This document shows, piece by piece, positions 28,477-39,364 of a stretch of DNA of 41,775 nt. Below the pieces are notes generated by a model that saw only the letters and a program-made list of their open reading frames with translations, had not been told where the DNA came from and did no database searches. The stretch is from a virus (taxonomy: Duplodnaviria; Heunggongvirae; Uroviricota; Caudoviricetes): IMG/VR virus record IMGVR_UViG_2675903658_000008, positions 1 through 41,775 of that record, one strand, 5' to 3'. Every line of letters starts with the position of its first letter. Within the stretch, counting starts at the first letter, position 1. Made by a program: the position numbers and the translations under genes.

Positions 28477-28918
28477 TCTCGTTCTAAAGGCTTTACGAAA
28501 AGCCGGGCTGTATTCCAATGCCACGTTGACAGATGCCGACCCTCAGGCAATTGAAGATGCCATTAATGACCTTGAAGACATGATGGCAGCATGGCAGGCG
28601 AAAGGTATCGAGCTTGGATATCAGTTTGCGGATACAGAAAACGGCATCATGCCGTTACCTGACGATGATTCAGGTATCCCTGCATGGGCAAATGATGGCG
28701 TCGCTTTGAAGCTCGCTGTGCAAGTGTGCATGGATAACGTCATTCAGCCGTCGGATGCTCTCCTGACCGCTGCTGACAGTGCATATCAGACAATCTGTAT
28801 CGCTTTAACAAAAATACCACCACTTGAGCGGCGAAATGACATGCCTCGCGGTAGTGGTAACAAAAGCGCGTTTACGTGGAATCGGTTTTACATCGAGAAA
28901 GATGATCCGAGTACGTGA
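28457..28918 (+). CDS. Head-completion / DNA stabilisation protein, P22 gp4-like
   Basis: Position and size in P22 gene order; overlapping start. Confidence 0.65.
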   Translation: MAKTKGDLVLKALRKAGLYSNATLTDADPQAIEDAINDLEDMMAAWQAKGIELGYQFADTENGIMPLPDDDSGIPAWANDGVALKLAVQVCMDNVIQPSDALLTAADSAYQTICIALTKIPPLERRNDMPRGSGNKSAFTWNRFYIEKDDPST

Positions 28919-28927
28919 GGTGAATAA

Positions 28928-30346
28928 ATGCCGATTCAGCAACTTCCGCTTATGAAAGGTGTCGGCAAAGACTTTCGAAACGCCGACTATATCGACTATC
29001 TGCCAGTGAATATGTTGGCTACACCCAAAGAAATCCTGAACAGCAGCGGATATCTTCGCTCATTCCCGGGCATTGCCAAACGCTCTGATGTGAACGGTGT
29101 ATCGCGCGGCGTCGAGTACAACATGGCGCAGAGTGCTGTTTATCGCGTGTGTGGTGGCAAGCTCTACAAAGGCGAAAGTGAAGTCGGTGACGTTGCCGGA
29201 AGTGGTCGCGTATCAATGGCACATGGTCGGACATCACAGGCGGTAGGTGTTAACGGGCAACTGGTCGAATACCGCTATGATGGCACGGTTAAAACCGTCT
29301 CAAACTGGCCTACAGATAGCGGATTCACTCAGTATGAGTTAGGTTCGGTTCGTGACATTACGCGCTTGCGCGGGCGTTATGCGTGGTCAAAAGACGGCAC
29401 TGATTCATGGTTTATCACTGACCTTGATGACGAAACACATCCTGACCGTTACAGCGCACAATATCGTGCCGAGTCTCAGCCTGACGGCATCATCGGCATC
29501 GGAACATGGCGAGACTTCATCGTCTGCTTTGGTTCATCGACGATTGAATATTTCTCCCTGACAGGCGCAACTACCGTTGGTGCTGCTTTGTATGTCGCGC
29601 AGCCATCGCTGATGGTGCAGAAAGGTATTGCCGGAACCTACTGTAAAACACCATTCGCTGATTCGTATGCGTTCATCAGCAATCCGGCAACAGGTGCGCC
29701 GTCTGTGTACATCATCGGATCTGGTCAGGTATCACCAATCGCCAGCGCGAGCATTGAGAAAATCCTCCGCTCCTACACTGCTGATGAACTGGCTGATGGC
29801 GTGATGGAGTCTCTGCGATTTGATGCTCATGAGTTGCTGATTATCCACCTTCCGCGTCACGTCCTCGTGTACGACGCATCTTCAAGCGCCAATGGCCCAC
29901 AATGGTGTGTACTGAAAACAGGCTTGTATGACGATGTGTACCGCGCTATCGACTTCATTTACGAAGGAAATCAGATAACGTGCGGCGATAAGCTGGAATC
30001 GGTGACCGGGAAATTGCAGTTCGATATCAGCAGTCAGTATGGGCTTCAACAGGAACACCTGCTGTTTACTCCACTGTTCAAAGCGGATAACGCCAGATGC
30101 TTCGATCTGGAGGTGGAATCATCCACTGGCGTAGCTCAGTACGCCGACCGCCTGTTCCTCTCTGCAACCACTGACGGCATCAATTACGGGCGTGAGCAGA
30201 TGATTGAGCAGAATGAACCGTTCGTTTACGACAAACGCGTTTTGTGGAAGCGAGTAGGGCGCATCAGGAAAAATGTCGGTTTCAAATTGCGCGTTATCAC
30301 GAAGTCACCTGTCACTCTGTCTGGTTGCCAGATAAGGATTGAGTAA
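28928..30346 (+). CDS. Head-completion protein, P22 gp10-like
   Basis: 472 aa; near-colinear with recalled P22 gp10 ([39 protein letters not shown]...). Confidence 0.85.
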   Translation: MPIQQLPLMKGVGKDFRNADYIDYLPVNMLATPKEILNSSGYLRSFPGIAKRSDVNGVSRGVEYNMAQSAVYRVCGGKLYKGESEVGDVAGSGRVSMAHGRTSQAVGVNGQLVEYRYDGTVKTVSNWPTDSGFTQYELGSVRDITRLRGRYAWSKDGTDSWFITDLDDETHPDRYSAQYRAESQPDGIIGIGTWRDFIVCFGSSTIEYFSLTGATTVGAALYVAQPSLMVQKGIAGTYCKTPFADSYAFISNPATGAPSVYIIGSGQVSPIASASIEKILRSYTADELADGVMESLRFDAHELLIIHLPRHVLVYDASSSANGPQWCVLKTGLYDDVYRAIDFIYEGNQITCGDKLESVTGKLQFDISSQYGLQQEHLLFTPLFKADNARCFDLEVESSTGVAQYADRLFLSATTDGINYGREQMIEQNEPFVYDKRVLWKRVGRIRKNVGFKLRVITKSPVTLSGCQIRIE

Positions 30347-31194
30347 TGGCGGATTCGAATCTCAATGTGCCGGTAATCATCCAAGCTACGCGGCTTGATA
30401 CATCAGTCCTTCCACGCAATATCTTCTCGCAGTCGTATCTGCTTTACGTTATCGCACAGGACACTGATGTTGGTAACGTGGCTAACAAGGCCAACGAGGC
30501 CGGACAGGGCGCTTATGACGCACAAGTCAGGAACGATGAGCAGGATGTGATTCTCGCTGACCATGAGCAGCGAATTTCTGCTGCGGAAGCAACGCTTGTT
30601 AATCATGAGGAGCGAATCAGCCAGGCAGAATCAACTCTTCAGGAACATGAAACGCGAATCGCTCAGAATGAAAGCGATATTGCGTCTCTTGATACCAGAG
30701 TTCAGTCGCTGGAGTCGCAGGTTTCAGACCATGAAACGCGCATCGATGCCCTGGAGTATGCCACTACTCGCAAGAAGTCAGAGGTTGTTTACTCTGGCGT
30801 ATCTGTAACCATCCCGACAGCGCCGACCAACCTTGTTAGCCTGCTGAAAACGCTCACGCCGTCATCAGGCTCGTTGGCACCATTCTTCGACACCGTTAAC
30901 AACAAGATGGTTGTGTTCAACGAGAACAAAACCTTGTTCTTCAAGCTGTCGATCGTCGGGACGTGGCCCAGCGGAACCGCCAACAGGTCAATGCAGCTAA
31001 CCTTTTCCGGCTCTGTTCCTGACACGTTGGTCAGCAGTCGTAATGCGGCGACAACAACCGACAACATCCTGTTAGCTACGTTCTTCAGCGTGGATAAAGA
31101 CGGCTTTCTTGCCACAAATGGCAGTACGTTAACCATTCAGTCAAATGGGGCGGCGTTTACTGCCACAACCATCAAAATCATTGCGGAGCAGTGA
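30346..31194 (+). CDS. Tail needle protein, P22 gp26-like with extended C-terminal knob
   Basis: N-terminal 60 aa match recalled P22 gp26; heptad coiled coil; divergent C-terminal domain. Confidence 0.8.
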   Translation: MADSNLNVPVIIQATRLDTSVLPRNIFSQSYLLYVIAQDTDVGNVANKANEAGQGAYDAQVRNDEQDVILADHEQRISAAEATLVNHEERISQAESTLQEHETRIAQNESDIASLDTRVQSLESQVSDHETRIDALEYATTRKKSEVVYSGVSVTIPTAPTNLVSLLKTLTPSSGSLAPFFDTVNNKMVVFNENKTLFFKLSIVGTWPSGTANRSMQLTFSGSVPDTLVSSRNAATTTDNILLATFFSVDKDGFLATNGSTLTIQSNGAAFTATTIKIIAEQ

Positions 31195-31673
31195 TGGAAA
31201 TAAAGCTCATCGATAATCCGGTGAAGCTTGCAGAATTCCTCAACAACCCGGCAAACACGGGAAATATCGTAGACAGTGGAGACAAATACTACATCAAGCC
31301 TGATGCGGTATACCTCGGCATCTACGAAGGACTGATGCTGGTCGGAGTGCATGAAGTGCGTAACTTCTGGCATAGCGTTGTTGAATGCCATGCGGTGTAC
31401 GACCCCGGATTCCGTGGGGAATATGCACTGCAAGGGCATCGATTATTCTGCAAATGGCTTCTCGAAAACTCACCATTCCTTAACAGCATCACTATGGTTC
31501 CTGACACCACGAAATACGGACGGTCAATTATCCGTTTGCTTGGCGCTACCCGTGTTGGTCACCTTGATGATGCTTATACCAGCAATGGAAAGCCTGTAGG
31601 CATCACGATTTATCAGTTACCGCGCTCAAAATACGAGGAGCTAAAGAATGTTAATTTTCCAGATTGCCAATAA
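31191..31673 (+). CDS. Putative virion-associated protein (P22 gene 14 position)
   Basis: Assigned by gene order only. Confidence 0.4.
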   Translation: MMEIKLIDNPVKLAEFLNNPANTGNIVDSGDKYYIKPDAVYLGIYEGLMLVGVHEVRNFWHSVVECHAVYDPGFRGEYALQGHRLFCKWLLENSPFLNSITMVPDTTKYGRSIIRLLGATRVGHLDDAYTSNGKPVGITIYQLPRSKYEELKNVNFPDCQ

Positions 31674-32322
31674 GCACCTCAGCAAAACTGTTTACTGCAA
31701 AGGTGGCGGTGATGGCGGTTCAAAAGCCCAGGCACGCGCCACTGAAAAGGGCATCGAACTGCAGCGTGAAATGTGGCAAACGAACATGCAGAACCTTGCA
31801 CCGTTTACGCCACTCGCTCAGCAGTACGTATCAGAGTTGCAAAATCTTTCCTCTCTTCAGGGGCAAGGTAAGGCGCTTAACCAGTATTACAACTCTCAGC
31901 AGTATAAAGACCTTGCAGGGCAGGCGCGCTATCAGAGTCTGGCAGCAGCAGAGGCAACTGGTGGATTAGGCTCTACAGCAACAGGAAACCAGTTAGCAGC
32001 AATCGCACCTACACTCGGTCAAAACTGGCTGTCAGGTCAGATGAACAACTACAACAATCTGGCAAATATCGGCCTTGGTGCTCTTACAGGTCAGGCAAAT
32101 GCCGGACAGAACTACGCTAACAACGTCAGCCAATTGTATCAACAGCAGGCGGCAGCATCTGCGGCTAATGCTAACCGACCATCAGGACTGCAATCAGCCT
32201 TGGGAGGTGCCATGAGCGGTGCTGCATCAGGGGCGATGATTGGCTCTGTGGTGCCTGGAATAGGTACAGCTGTTGGCGCTATTGGTGGCGGTATTATCGG
32301 TGGGCTTGGATCATTGTTTTAA
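31648..32322 (+). CDS. Ejection (internal virion) protein, gp7-like
   Basis: Gly/Ala/Gln-rich low-complexity protein in gene-7 position. Confidence 0.6.
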   Translation: MLIFQIANKHLSKTVYCKGGGDGGSKAQARATEKGIELQREMWQTNMQNLAPFTPLAQQYVSELQNLSSLQGQGKALNQYYNSQQYKDLAGQARYQSLAAAEATGGLGSTATGNQLAAIAPTLGQNWLSGQMNNYNNLANIGLGALTGQANAGQNYANNVSQLYQQQAAASAANANRPSGLQSALGGAMSGAASGAMIGSVVPGIGTAVGAIGGGIIGGLGSLF

Positions 32323-32331
32323 GGTGGGAAT

Positions 32332-33633
32332 ATGGCTACTTGGCAACAAGGAATCAACTCAGGCGGCTTTCTTGCTGGTATCGGTGGGCAAAACTCAAAT
32401 GCGCCAAAGGCAAGTGATGTAAGTGAGGCGTTGGCCTATATTCGCCAGAACAACGAAATGGAGCGCTCAGGTCGCAATAACATCGGCCTTCAGGCGTTGC
32501 AGGGTCTTGGTAGTGTCGCTCAAGCATATCAAGCCGCAAAGCAACAGGAAGCGGATGCTGCATTCCAAAAAGAATATGCGGCAGCCATCCAGTCCGGCGA
32601 TCGACAGCAGGTTCGAAATCTGATGACCAAATATCCTGGTCAATTAGAGAAGATTCAGTCTGGTATGAAGTGGGCAGACGAAGACCAGCGCAATTCCATC
32701 GGTACCTTAGCGGCTGGCGCACGCCTTGCGTCATCGTCTCCAGAAGCAATGCAATCATGGCTGCAAAACAACGCCAAGGAACTGACTCGCGTCGGTGTTG
32801 ACCCTAATAACGTTGCTCAGATGTATCAGCAGAATCCTTCAGGATTTGGTGAGTTTGTTGATCACCTTGGAATGGCTGCTCTTGGTCCGATTGATTACTT
32901 CAATGTTCAGGACAAGATGGCTGGTCGTGAGATTGACCGAGGCAGGCTGGCAGAGACAATCCGCAGCAATCAGGCAGGAGAAGCACTAACAGCTCGAGGT
33001 CAGGACATCCAGATACGTGGACAGAACATCAGCGCACAGAATGCTGCTCTTTCCCGAGAAATACAAAGAGCAGAATTACAAGAAAAGGCTCTGGACAGAC
33101 AGATAGCCAGAGAAAGCAATCAGTTAAAGCTTGAAGAGCTAAAACAGAAACAGGCAGATGTTCGGCAAAAGGCTGACATAGCCCGCGCTGACAGGCAGGC
33201 CGCCGCTCAGGGTGCAGTTGATACGTTCAGCACCGCGCTTGATTCTCTCAACGAGATAGAGCAAAGCCCCGGCCTTTCAAAAGCAGTAGGAATTCGCTCA
33301 GCGTTTCCGACAGTTCCTGGCTCTGATGCGGCTAACTTTGAAGCAAGGCTCGACACCTTTAAAGCTCAAACATTCCTTCCTATGGTGCAGTCCCTGAAGG
33401 GTATGGGCGCTCTTTCAGATGCAGAGGGTAAAAAATTATCCGATGCGGTTGGTGCCCTAAGCCCCAAAATGAGTGAAAAGGCTTTTCGTGACTCTATCGG
33501 AAAGATTAGAAATCAGCTTGAAAGCAAGTTGAGCACTGTTAAAAAACAGTTTGATTATCAGGAGCCGGTGCAGAATATGCCAGGGCAACAATCTACTACT
33601 GGCAGTAACTTTTCTTCGCTATGGGGTGATTAA
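32332..33633 (+). CDS. Ejection protein, gp20-like
   Basis: Position and composition; coiled-coil-rich. Confidence 0.6.
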   Translation: MATWQQGINSGGFLAGIGGQNSNAPKASDVSEALAYIRQNNEMERSGRNNIGLQALQGLGSVAQAYQAAKQQEADAAFQKEYAAAIQSGDRQQVRNLMTKYPGQLEKIQSGMKWADEDQRNSIGTLAAGARLASSSPEAMQSWLQNNAKELTRVGVDPNNVAQMYQQNPSGFGEFVDHLGMAALGPIDYFNVQDKMAGREIDRGRLAETIRSNQAGEALTARGQDIQIRGQNISAQNAALSREIQRAELQEKALDRQIARESNQLKLEELKQKQADVRQKADIARADRQAAAQGAVDTFSTALDSLNEIEQSPGLSKAVGIRSAFPTVPGSDAANFEARLDTFKAQTFLPMVQSLKGMGALSDAEGKKLSDAVGALSPKMSEKAFRDSIGKIRNQLESKLSTVKKQFDYQEPVQNMPGQQSTTGSNFSSLWGD

Positions 33634-35630
33634 TGGCTAAAGCATGGAAAGATGTTATCGCCTCTCCACAGTATCAGGCGTTAGCACCAGAACAAAAAGC
33701 GCAGGCTCAGGAGCAATACTTCAATGAAGTCGTTGCCCCGCAAGCCGGAGAAAATGCAGAGCAGGCTAAGCAAGCTTTCTATGCTGCCTATCCATTGCCA
33801 TCTGTGCAGCCAGTGGAGACACAACAACCAGTATCACAGCAACAACCACAGCAAAGTGGATTTATGTCGGATCTTGGTGAAGCCGTGAAAGAAACTGGTC
33901 GCGGACTGGTGCAGGCTGGCGTGAACGTGGCAAACATACCTGCATCAGTTGCCGATGCTGTAACAAGCGCGGCGGCATGGGCTGGCGGTAAACTCGGCAT
34001 TGGCGATGGTACATATCAACCAGCGCCACGAGTAACAACGCAGGGGTTAGAGCAGGACTTTGGCCTTCAGCAAGGCGCGCTCACTCCACAAACGACAGAG
34101 GGAAGGGTATTTGCTGAAGCATTGCCTTACCTCACTCCTGCTGGCGTTGAGAGAGCGGCAGCACAGGCACCAACACTTGCTGGTCGAATTGCTCAGGGGG
34201 CAACTCGCCTTCTAGCAGAAAACGCAGTTGGATCACTTGCTGCAAATAGTGCGAAAGATGATGCGGAAGCACTCGCCACCGATTTAGGCGTTGGCGTTCT
34301 GGCTGGCGGTGCTATTAACGCTGCCGGACGTGGATTAGGTGCTGCTTATCGTGGCGTTCGTGGTGCTATTGCGCCAGAAGCGCAGCAGGCTATCAGATTT
34401 GCAGAGCGTGAAGGAGTTCCTCTGCACACCACAGACCTGTTACAGCCTACTTCCCGCGTCGGAAAAATGGCGCAAACGACAGCAGAAAATATCCCCCTGG
34501 CTGGCACAAGCGGAATGAGAGCAACGCAACAGGAAGCGAGAAGCCAGTTGGTTCAGAGATTTGCTGATAAATTCGGTGAGTATGATCCAGCGGTTGTTAT
34601 TGACAGCCTTAAAGCGAAAACATCAGGAATTCGTCGTGCCGCCGGTAATCGACTGGAGCAGGTTCAGAATGCTATGGCGGGAATAAACATTCAGCCTGCA
34701 AGAGCAATTCAGCAGATTGATACAGAAATATCTAACCTGCAGAAGCTTGGTAAGGTTGCTGATAACGAGACTATTTCAAAACTTCAGTCCTATCGTGATG
34801 AGCTTGTTCGCAATGCTGGTCCTGATGGTCCGGTAAATCTGGATTTGAAGCAATTAAGCGATCTGCGCAGCCAGTTCAGAATGGATGTGAAGGGTGAGCG
34901 ACCAGTGTTACCAAACCGTTCCGATGCTGCCATTCAGCGCGTTTACAAGGCAATGACCGACGATATCAATGGTGCCATTGGTCAGAATCTTGGCAACGAT
35001 ACTCTCCGTAAATATCAGCAGGCCAATGCCGTCTACGCTGACGAAGCGGCGAAACTAAAGAATACCATGCTGAAGAATGTTCTCATGAAAGGCGACCTGA
35101 CGCCGGAAGTTGTCAACAACATGCTATTCAGCAAGAACAAATCGGAAATTAAGACGCTGTATAACTCAGTTGGTCGTGTTGGCAGGGCGCAAATGCGCAA
35201 TGGCATCATTGGAAAGGCGATGGAGAAATCAGGTGGTTCCCCTGATCAGTTCCTTCGACAGCTTAACATCCTGCAAAACCAGACTGGCATCACATTTAAG
35301 GGGCAGGACGCTGCTTATCTGAAAGGATTGAAAAACTACCTGCAATCCACGCAGCAGGCTGCAAAAGCGGCAGTAACAACACCAACAGGGCAGCAAACCA
35401 TCCCGTTCATTATCGGGTATGGGACAGCAATGAACCCGGCGACAACTGGCGCAGCGGTAAGCTACGGACTTCTTACTCGCGCCTATGAGAGCGAACCATT
35501 CAGAAATGCAATGCTCCGAATGGCAAACACACCACGCGGATCGACAGCGTTTGAGAAAGCCATGCAGCAAGCGCAAAAAGCGATTAATGCACTGACGCAG
35601 GGTGCTAAGTCTGATTCGTTGTCAGAATAG
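33633..35630 (+). CDS. Ejection protein, gp16-like
   Basis: 665 aa in gene-16 position. Confidence 0.6.
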   Translation: MAKAWKDVIASPQYQALAPEQKAQAQEQYFNEVVAPQAGENAEQAKQAFYAAYPLPSVQPVETQQPVSQQQPQQSGFMSDLGEAVKETGRGLVQAGVNVANIPASVADAVTSAAAWAGGKLGIGDGTYQPAPRVTTQGLEQDFGLQQGALTPQTTEGRVFAEALPYLTPAGVERAAAQAPTLAGRIAQGATRLLAENAVGSLAANSAKDDAEALATDLGVGVLAGGAINAAGRGLGAAYRGVRGAIAPEAQQAIRFAEREGVPLHTTDLLQPTSRVGKMAQTTAENIPLAGTSGMRATQQEARSQLVQRFADKFGEYDPAVVIDSLKAKTSGIRRAAGNRLEQVQNAMAGINIQPARAIQQIDTEISNLQKLGKVADNETISKLQSYRDELVRNAGPDGPVNLDLKQLSDLRSQFRMDVKGERPVLPNRSDAAIQRVYKAMTDDINGAIGQNLGNDTLRKYQQANAVYADEAAKLKNTMLKNVLMKGDLTPEVVNNMLFSKNKSEIKTLYNSVGRVGRAQMRNGIIGKAMEKSGGSPDQFLRQLNILQNQTGITFKGQDAAYLKGLKNYLQSTQQAAKAAVTTPTGQQTIPFIIGYGTAMNPATTGAAVSYGLLTRAYESEPFRNAMLRMANTPRGSTAFEKAMQQAQKAINALTQGAKSDSLSE

Positions 35631-35720
35631 CCTTTCAAACACCAGGAACGTGCAAAAACCAAATATGTAGAACGCGAGGTTTATCGTATTCCTCTGCATA
35701 GGCGATACCTTTGCTGATTG

Positions 35721-36206
35721 TTATCTGATGTTACTGCTACTGTTGCATGTTACCGCGTTTCCAAATCCTGAATTGCAGTTTGTATATGTGTCAACGCGTG
35801 TTGGGTAAGGTTGAGTTATAACAGGCTGGCGCGCTTTTTGCTCGATCGCTTGCATTGTGTTTACAGCCTGATAATTCAATAAAGCCTGCTGGAATGCTTG
35901 GCTTTGTGCTATTTGTTGGGCTTGTTCTTGGCTTTGTAATTGAACATAAAGATTCTGAAGCTCAAGTCTTGCCTGTGCGTCACTTATCTTGCCTTCATCG
36001 ACACCTTGCCCGAGCATCTTTGCAGCAAGGACATACAGCTTAGGTGTTGGTGCTGATGCCATGCGTGAGTCGTTCTTCACACTGGCATCAAGGCAATTAG
36101 CCATATCGCTAAGCTTTTGATAGCGTTGTTCGCAACTTGCTTGATAGTCACTTACTTTTGCGCACCCAGCCAGCAGAAGCGGGATAATTAACAGTGATTT
36201 TTTCAT
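35721..36206 (-). CDS. Lipoprotein of unknown function (candidate superinfection-exclusion moron)
   Basis: MKKSLLIIPLLLAGC signal peptide with lipobox; AAGGAGAG RBS; Gln-rich coiled coil; P22 sieA position. Confidence 0.65.
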   Translation of the reverse strand: MKKSLLIIPLLLAGCAKVSDYQASCEQRYQKLSDMANCLDASVKNDSRMASAPTPKLYVLAAKMLGQGVDEGKISDAQARLELQNLYVQLQSQEQAQQIAQSQAFQQALLNYQAVNTMQAIEQKARQPVITQPYPTRVDTYTNCNSGFGNAVTCNSSSNIR

Positions 36207-36240
36207 ATAATTAACTCTCCTTAGTTTTGCGCAGGATACC

Positions 36241-36606
36241 ATGAAAAAAGTTAACATTGGAAACGTACCAAAGATGCTCGTTCCGCTCTTTGAGAGCGGT
36301 ACAATTGTGTTTTGTAGAGACTTTCCAGAATGGCAACGCCTGCATCAAAAACTTGGCGTTGACGTGCATGACTCGGACGCCAACGGAGCGTCTCATACAA
36401 TGAGTAGCGAGAATGGTGTTTTGCATGTGATAGGCGTGTTCAATGGCAAACTATCTACTATTGCCCATGAGTGCGCTCACATGGCATTCGATATCTGCTC
36501 AAGGGTAGGTGTTGATGTTGAACCAGGAAGAGCCAACGAGACTTACTGCTACTTAATGAGCAGGCTTGTTGAGTTCTGCGAGCGACATATCAAAAAGCCG
36601 GAGTGA
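36241..36606 (+). CDS. Small HExxH metallopeptidase-like protein (ImmA/IrrE-like motif)
   Basis: TIAHECAHMAF resembles the T-x-A-H-E-x-x-H motif; Glu about 20 aa downstream; divergent from lipoprotein gene. Confidence 0.5.
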   Translation: MKKVNIGNVPKMLVPLFESGTIVFCRDFPEWQRLHQKLGVDVHDSDANGASHTMSSENGVLHVIGVFNGKLSTIAHECAHMAFDICSRVGVDVEPGRANETYCYLMSRLVEFCERHIKKPE

Positions 36607-36619
36607 CCCGGCTTGATTA

Positions 36620-36799
36620 TTACTTTTTGCTGTCTGGAGTTCGCTTATCCAATACCCAGCCATGACCTGGCTTTGTTGTTGGTGGAAGCCTTTCGTTGTC
36701 CTTGACGGTTGCAAAATTGTCTTTCTTACCGCCGCGTGGGCCAACTTCTTGGTATATTCCGCCGTTTTTTCCTGTGTTTTCACCTGGTTTTTTCGCCAT
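36620..36799 (-). CDS. Small Gly/Lys-rich hypothetical protein (59 aa)
   Basis: ATG with GAGGT RBS; TTGACT promoter-like hexamer upstream; highly charged. Confidence 0.45.
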   Translation of the reverse strand: MAKKPGENTGKNGGIYQEVGPRGGKKDNFATVKDNERLPPTTKPGHGWVLDKRTPDSKK

Positions 36800-36880
36800 G
36801 ATATACCTCAACATACACCCGTTATTGGGCGATTAAATATTGATCTCATTTTATAAGTAGTCAATATGGCCCAGGTAAAT

Positions 36881-36915
36881 GCAAAAATTAACCCACCTTC
36901 AGGTGGGTTTTTTGT
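36881..36915. terminator. Bidirectional rho-independent terminator at mnt stop
   Basis: AACCCACC-TTCA-GGTGGGTT hairpin flanked by T-runs on both strands. Confidence 0.55.
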
Positions 36916-37150
36916 ACAAATCCTTCAGCGTATCAAACACCATCTTCTTAACAAGTTCAGACTGCTCATCAGCGATGCGTTCCGCATCGTCTCGATAGCC
37001 TGAAATTTTGGATGGCTTTGATACGGCATCAGTCACTATCTGAACTAATTCTGAATTAAGAGAGCGGCCATTGGATTTGGCTCGCTGTTTTAGTTTTTCC
37101 TTTAATTCGTAAGGTAGCCGCAGATTAAATTGCGGGTCATCTCTTCCCAT
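36899..37150 (-). CDS. mnt: Mnt repressor (ribbon-helix-helix)
   Basis: 83 aa; near-identical to recalled P22 Mnt (RDDP.FN.R.P.E..EKLK.RA..NGRS.NSEL.QIV.DA.SKPS..GYR.DAER.ADEQSELVKKMVFDTLKDLYKK). Confidence 0.85.
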   Translation of the reverse strand: MGRDDPQFNLRLPYELKEKLKQRAKSNGRSLNSELVQIVTDAVSKPSKISGYRDDAERIADEQSELVKKMVFDTLKDLYKKPT

Positions 37151-37213
37151 TCTTGATGCCTCGCTTTTGTGAGTGGATCGGTATCTTATTATCTGCTGGT
37201 TGCATCCTCAATA

Positions 37214-37228
37214 AGACCACAGTGGTCT
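37214..37228. promoter_or_regulatory. Perfect 15-bp palindrome, candidate Mnt operator
   Basis: AGACCAC-A-GTGGTCT in the divergent region between mnt and tailspike. Confidence 0.5.
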
Positions 37229-37296
37229 CTTTGTTTGATTAATAATGCATCACTGTGGCAATGCTGCGGCGATTCCTTGTATCTGGAGCAAATTAA

Positions 37297-39288
37297 ATGA
37301 CAGACATTACAGCCAATGTTGTAGTGAGTATGCCTTCGCAACTCTTCACTATGGCGCGTTCTTTTAAAGCCGTAGCCAATGGCAAAATTTATATCGGTAA
37401 AATTGACACTGACCCGGTAAATCCTGAAAACCAGATTCAGGTTTATATAGAGAACGAAGACGGTTCTCACGTTCCTGTTTCGCAACCAATCATCATTAAT
37501 GCGGCTGGTTACCCGGTATATAACGGACAGATTGCCAAGTTCGTAACTGTGCAAGGCCATTCGATGGCTGTATATGATGCGTATGGTGCGCAGCAGTTCT
37601 ATTTTCCTAATGTGCTGAAGTATGACCCGGATCAGTTAAGGCAGGAGTTAGCAAGTTCAGGTGATGATCTTGGAGATGCATTAATAGCAGTAAAACAACC
37701 ATTCACCTTGTCAATAAGAAGGACGCAGCATCAAAAAAATGCCGAGCACATTAGTGTTAGTGATTTTGGTGCAAAAGGAGACGGCATAACAGATGATACT
37801 GTAGCAATTCAAAATGCTATTAATGCAGTACCAGAAGGGGCTATACTTGGATTTTATGGTGGTGAATTTGTTTTTGATAAGGTTGAATTGCTTAAGCCAA
37901 TAACATTGGTTGGTGATGCAACGTTAATTCACAACGGATTTAGAATAAAATCTAGCAGAATCCGATCACTTTTATCTGGTGTTCAGAAATGCAAGGATTA
38001 CTCCGAGTCTTCAAGAGCATTTTATTGCTATGCAAATGAAGACCAAAGAGATTATGACGATATTCAGATTTTGTTTAATAGATTTGAAGGTTTCTTTTAC
38101 TCTACGGCATTTGTTGCAAAAAACTATTATTTGGAGAATGACCCTAATTCAAGAACTGTCAAAAATACAAAAGTAATAGGGTGTACATCAGTTGCTCCTG
38201 ATTCTGTAAATGCCGGTCATTTTCAACATATAGGCGTTACAAATGCTGAAACATCGCATAACTCAACTTATGGCGGACAAAATGCAACATCATACAACTT
38301 CATTAACCAGAATGGATTTGTAAGGATTATAGGAAATTATGACCATAACAATAGCTATGGTTCATGTGAGCTTGAGAACTCAATGGTGAGTAACTCAGTC
38401 ATATCATGTAATACGTTTTCGTCATATTTATGGGTGGATGATACAAGTAATGTTACTATTTCTGGAAATACCGTTTCATCAAGGATCAAAGTAACATCGC
38501 AAACTGACGATGTTCATAATATAACCATATCAGCAAATACCACAAAACGGATTACTATAGAGCAATTTGGAGAATCTCCGACAGGTCTGGTATATGGTGC
38601 ATTAATTTCCTGTAACACTATTACTGGCGACAGTGATGGAAGTTCAGACATTTTATGTACGTCACTTGTTACAGGTGAAATTTCATCAAATTATTGTCAT
38701 GGAACAGAAAAAAATATATCAATTGTCCGCCTGGATTCTTCTGATATAACTGTTAGAAACAATAAAGGAAACAAAGGATTACTTACAATAAGTAACGATG
38801 GTGGAAGGATAATTGAATATGGAAATGATTCTATGGTTCTGTCTGGAAGCATAGATAGCAGACATATACATAATTTATTACAGCCAGACACCTCGTATTT
38901 AGATCTACCGGGGAAATATCTGCACGGGACTAAATATACTGGCAGTATCCCCCCCGGTTCCACAGGAACTGTATCACTTCAAATACCATCAGGGGCAAGC
39001 CTTGTTTTCAGGGGTGTTTCTATATGGGTTCTAATTAGAGATGTTAGCAATAACAATATATCGTCATTCAGAATTGATGGTTCATATAGAGTTGTTGGTG
39101 GAAGTGTTGGTCTTAGTTTTGCTGATGCTTATTCGAAACTTGGGGTGGATGCAAACTCTATAACAGTGTCAAACAATAACAGCACTTCTGACAATATCAG
39201 CATAGCAATTAAAAACACAGATTCATCAAAAACCCTTCAGGTTACTGTTATGCCGGAGGTTTCAAGCAGGTTAGGTATTGAGGAATAG
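37297..39288 (+). CDS. Tailspike: P22-type head-binding domain fused to beta-helix receptor-binding/depolymerase domain
   Basis: First ~110 aa match recalled P22/HK620 tailspike N-terminus; [13 protein letters not shown] pectate-lyase-like motif; AT-rich Asn/Ser-rich body. Confidence 0.85.
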   Translation: MTDITANVVVSMPSQLFTMARSFKAVANGKIYIGKIDTDPVNPENQIQVYIENEDGSHVPVSQPIIINAAGYPVYNGQIAKFVTVQGHSMAVYDAYGAQQFYFPNVLKYDPDQLRQELASSGDDLGDALIAVKQPFTLSIRRTQHQKNAEHISVSDFGAKGDGITDDTVAIQNAINAVPEGAILGFYGGEFVFDKVELLKPITLVGDATLIHNGFRIKSSRIRSLLSGVQKCKDYSESSRAFYCYANEDQRDYDDIQILFNRFEGFFYSTAFVAKNYYLENDPNSRTVKNTKVIGCTSVAPDSVNAGHFQHIGVTNAETSHNSTYGGQNATSYNFINQNGFVRIIGNYDHNNSYGSCELENSMVSNSVISCNTFSSYLWVDDTSNVTISGNTVSSRIKVTSQTDDVHNITISANTTKRITIEQFGESPTGLVYGALISCNTITGDSDGSSDILCTSLVTGEISSNYCHGTEKNISIVRLDSSDITVRNNKGNKGLLTISNDGGRIIEYGNDSMVLSGSIDSRHIHNLLQPDTSYLDLPGKYLHGTKYTGSIPPGSTGTVSLQIPSGASLVFRGVSIWVLIRDVSNNNISSFRIDGSYRVVGGSVGLSFADAYSKLGVDANSITVSNNNSTSDNISIAIKNTDSSKTLQVTVMPEVSSRLGIEE

Positions 39289-39364
39289 CATCATATATAA
39301 TTATTTTAATGTTAATGCCGTCTTCTTGTTGGCGGCTTATTTGTGAAAATCGAATGAGTTATTT

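Noticed and set aside
37150-37296. arc and ant genes expected next to mnt
   Set aside because: Only ~146 bp separates mnt from the tailspike start; no ORF resembling Arc or Ant is present.
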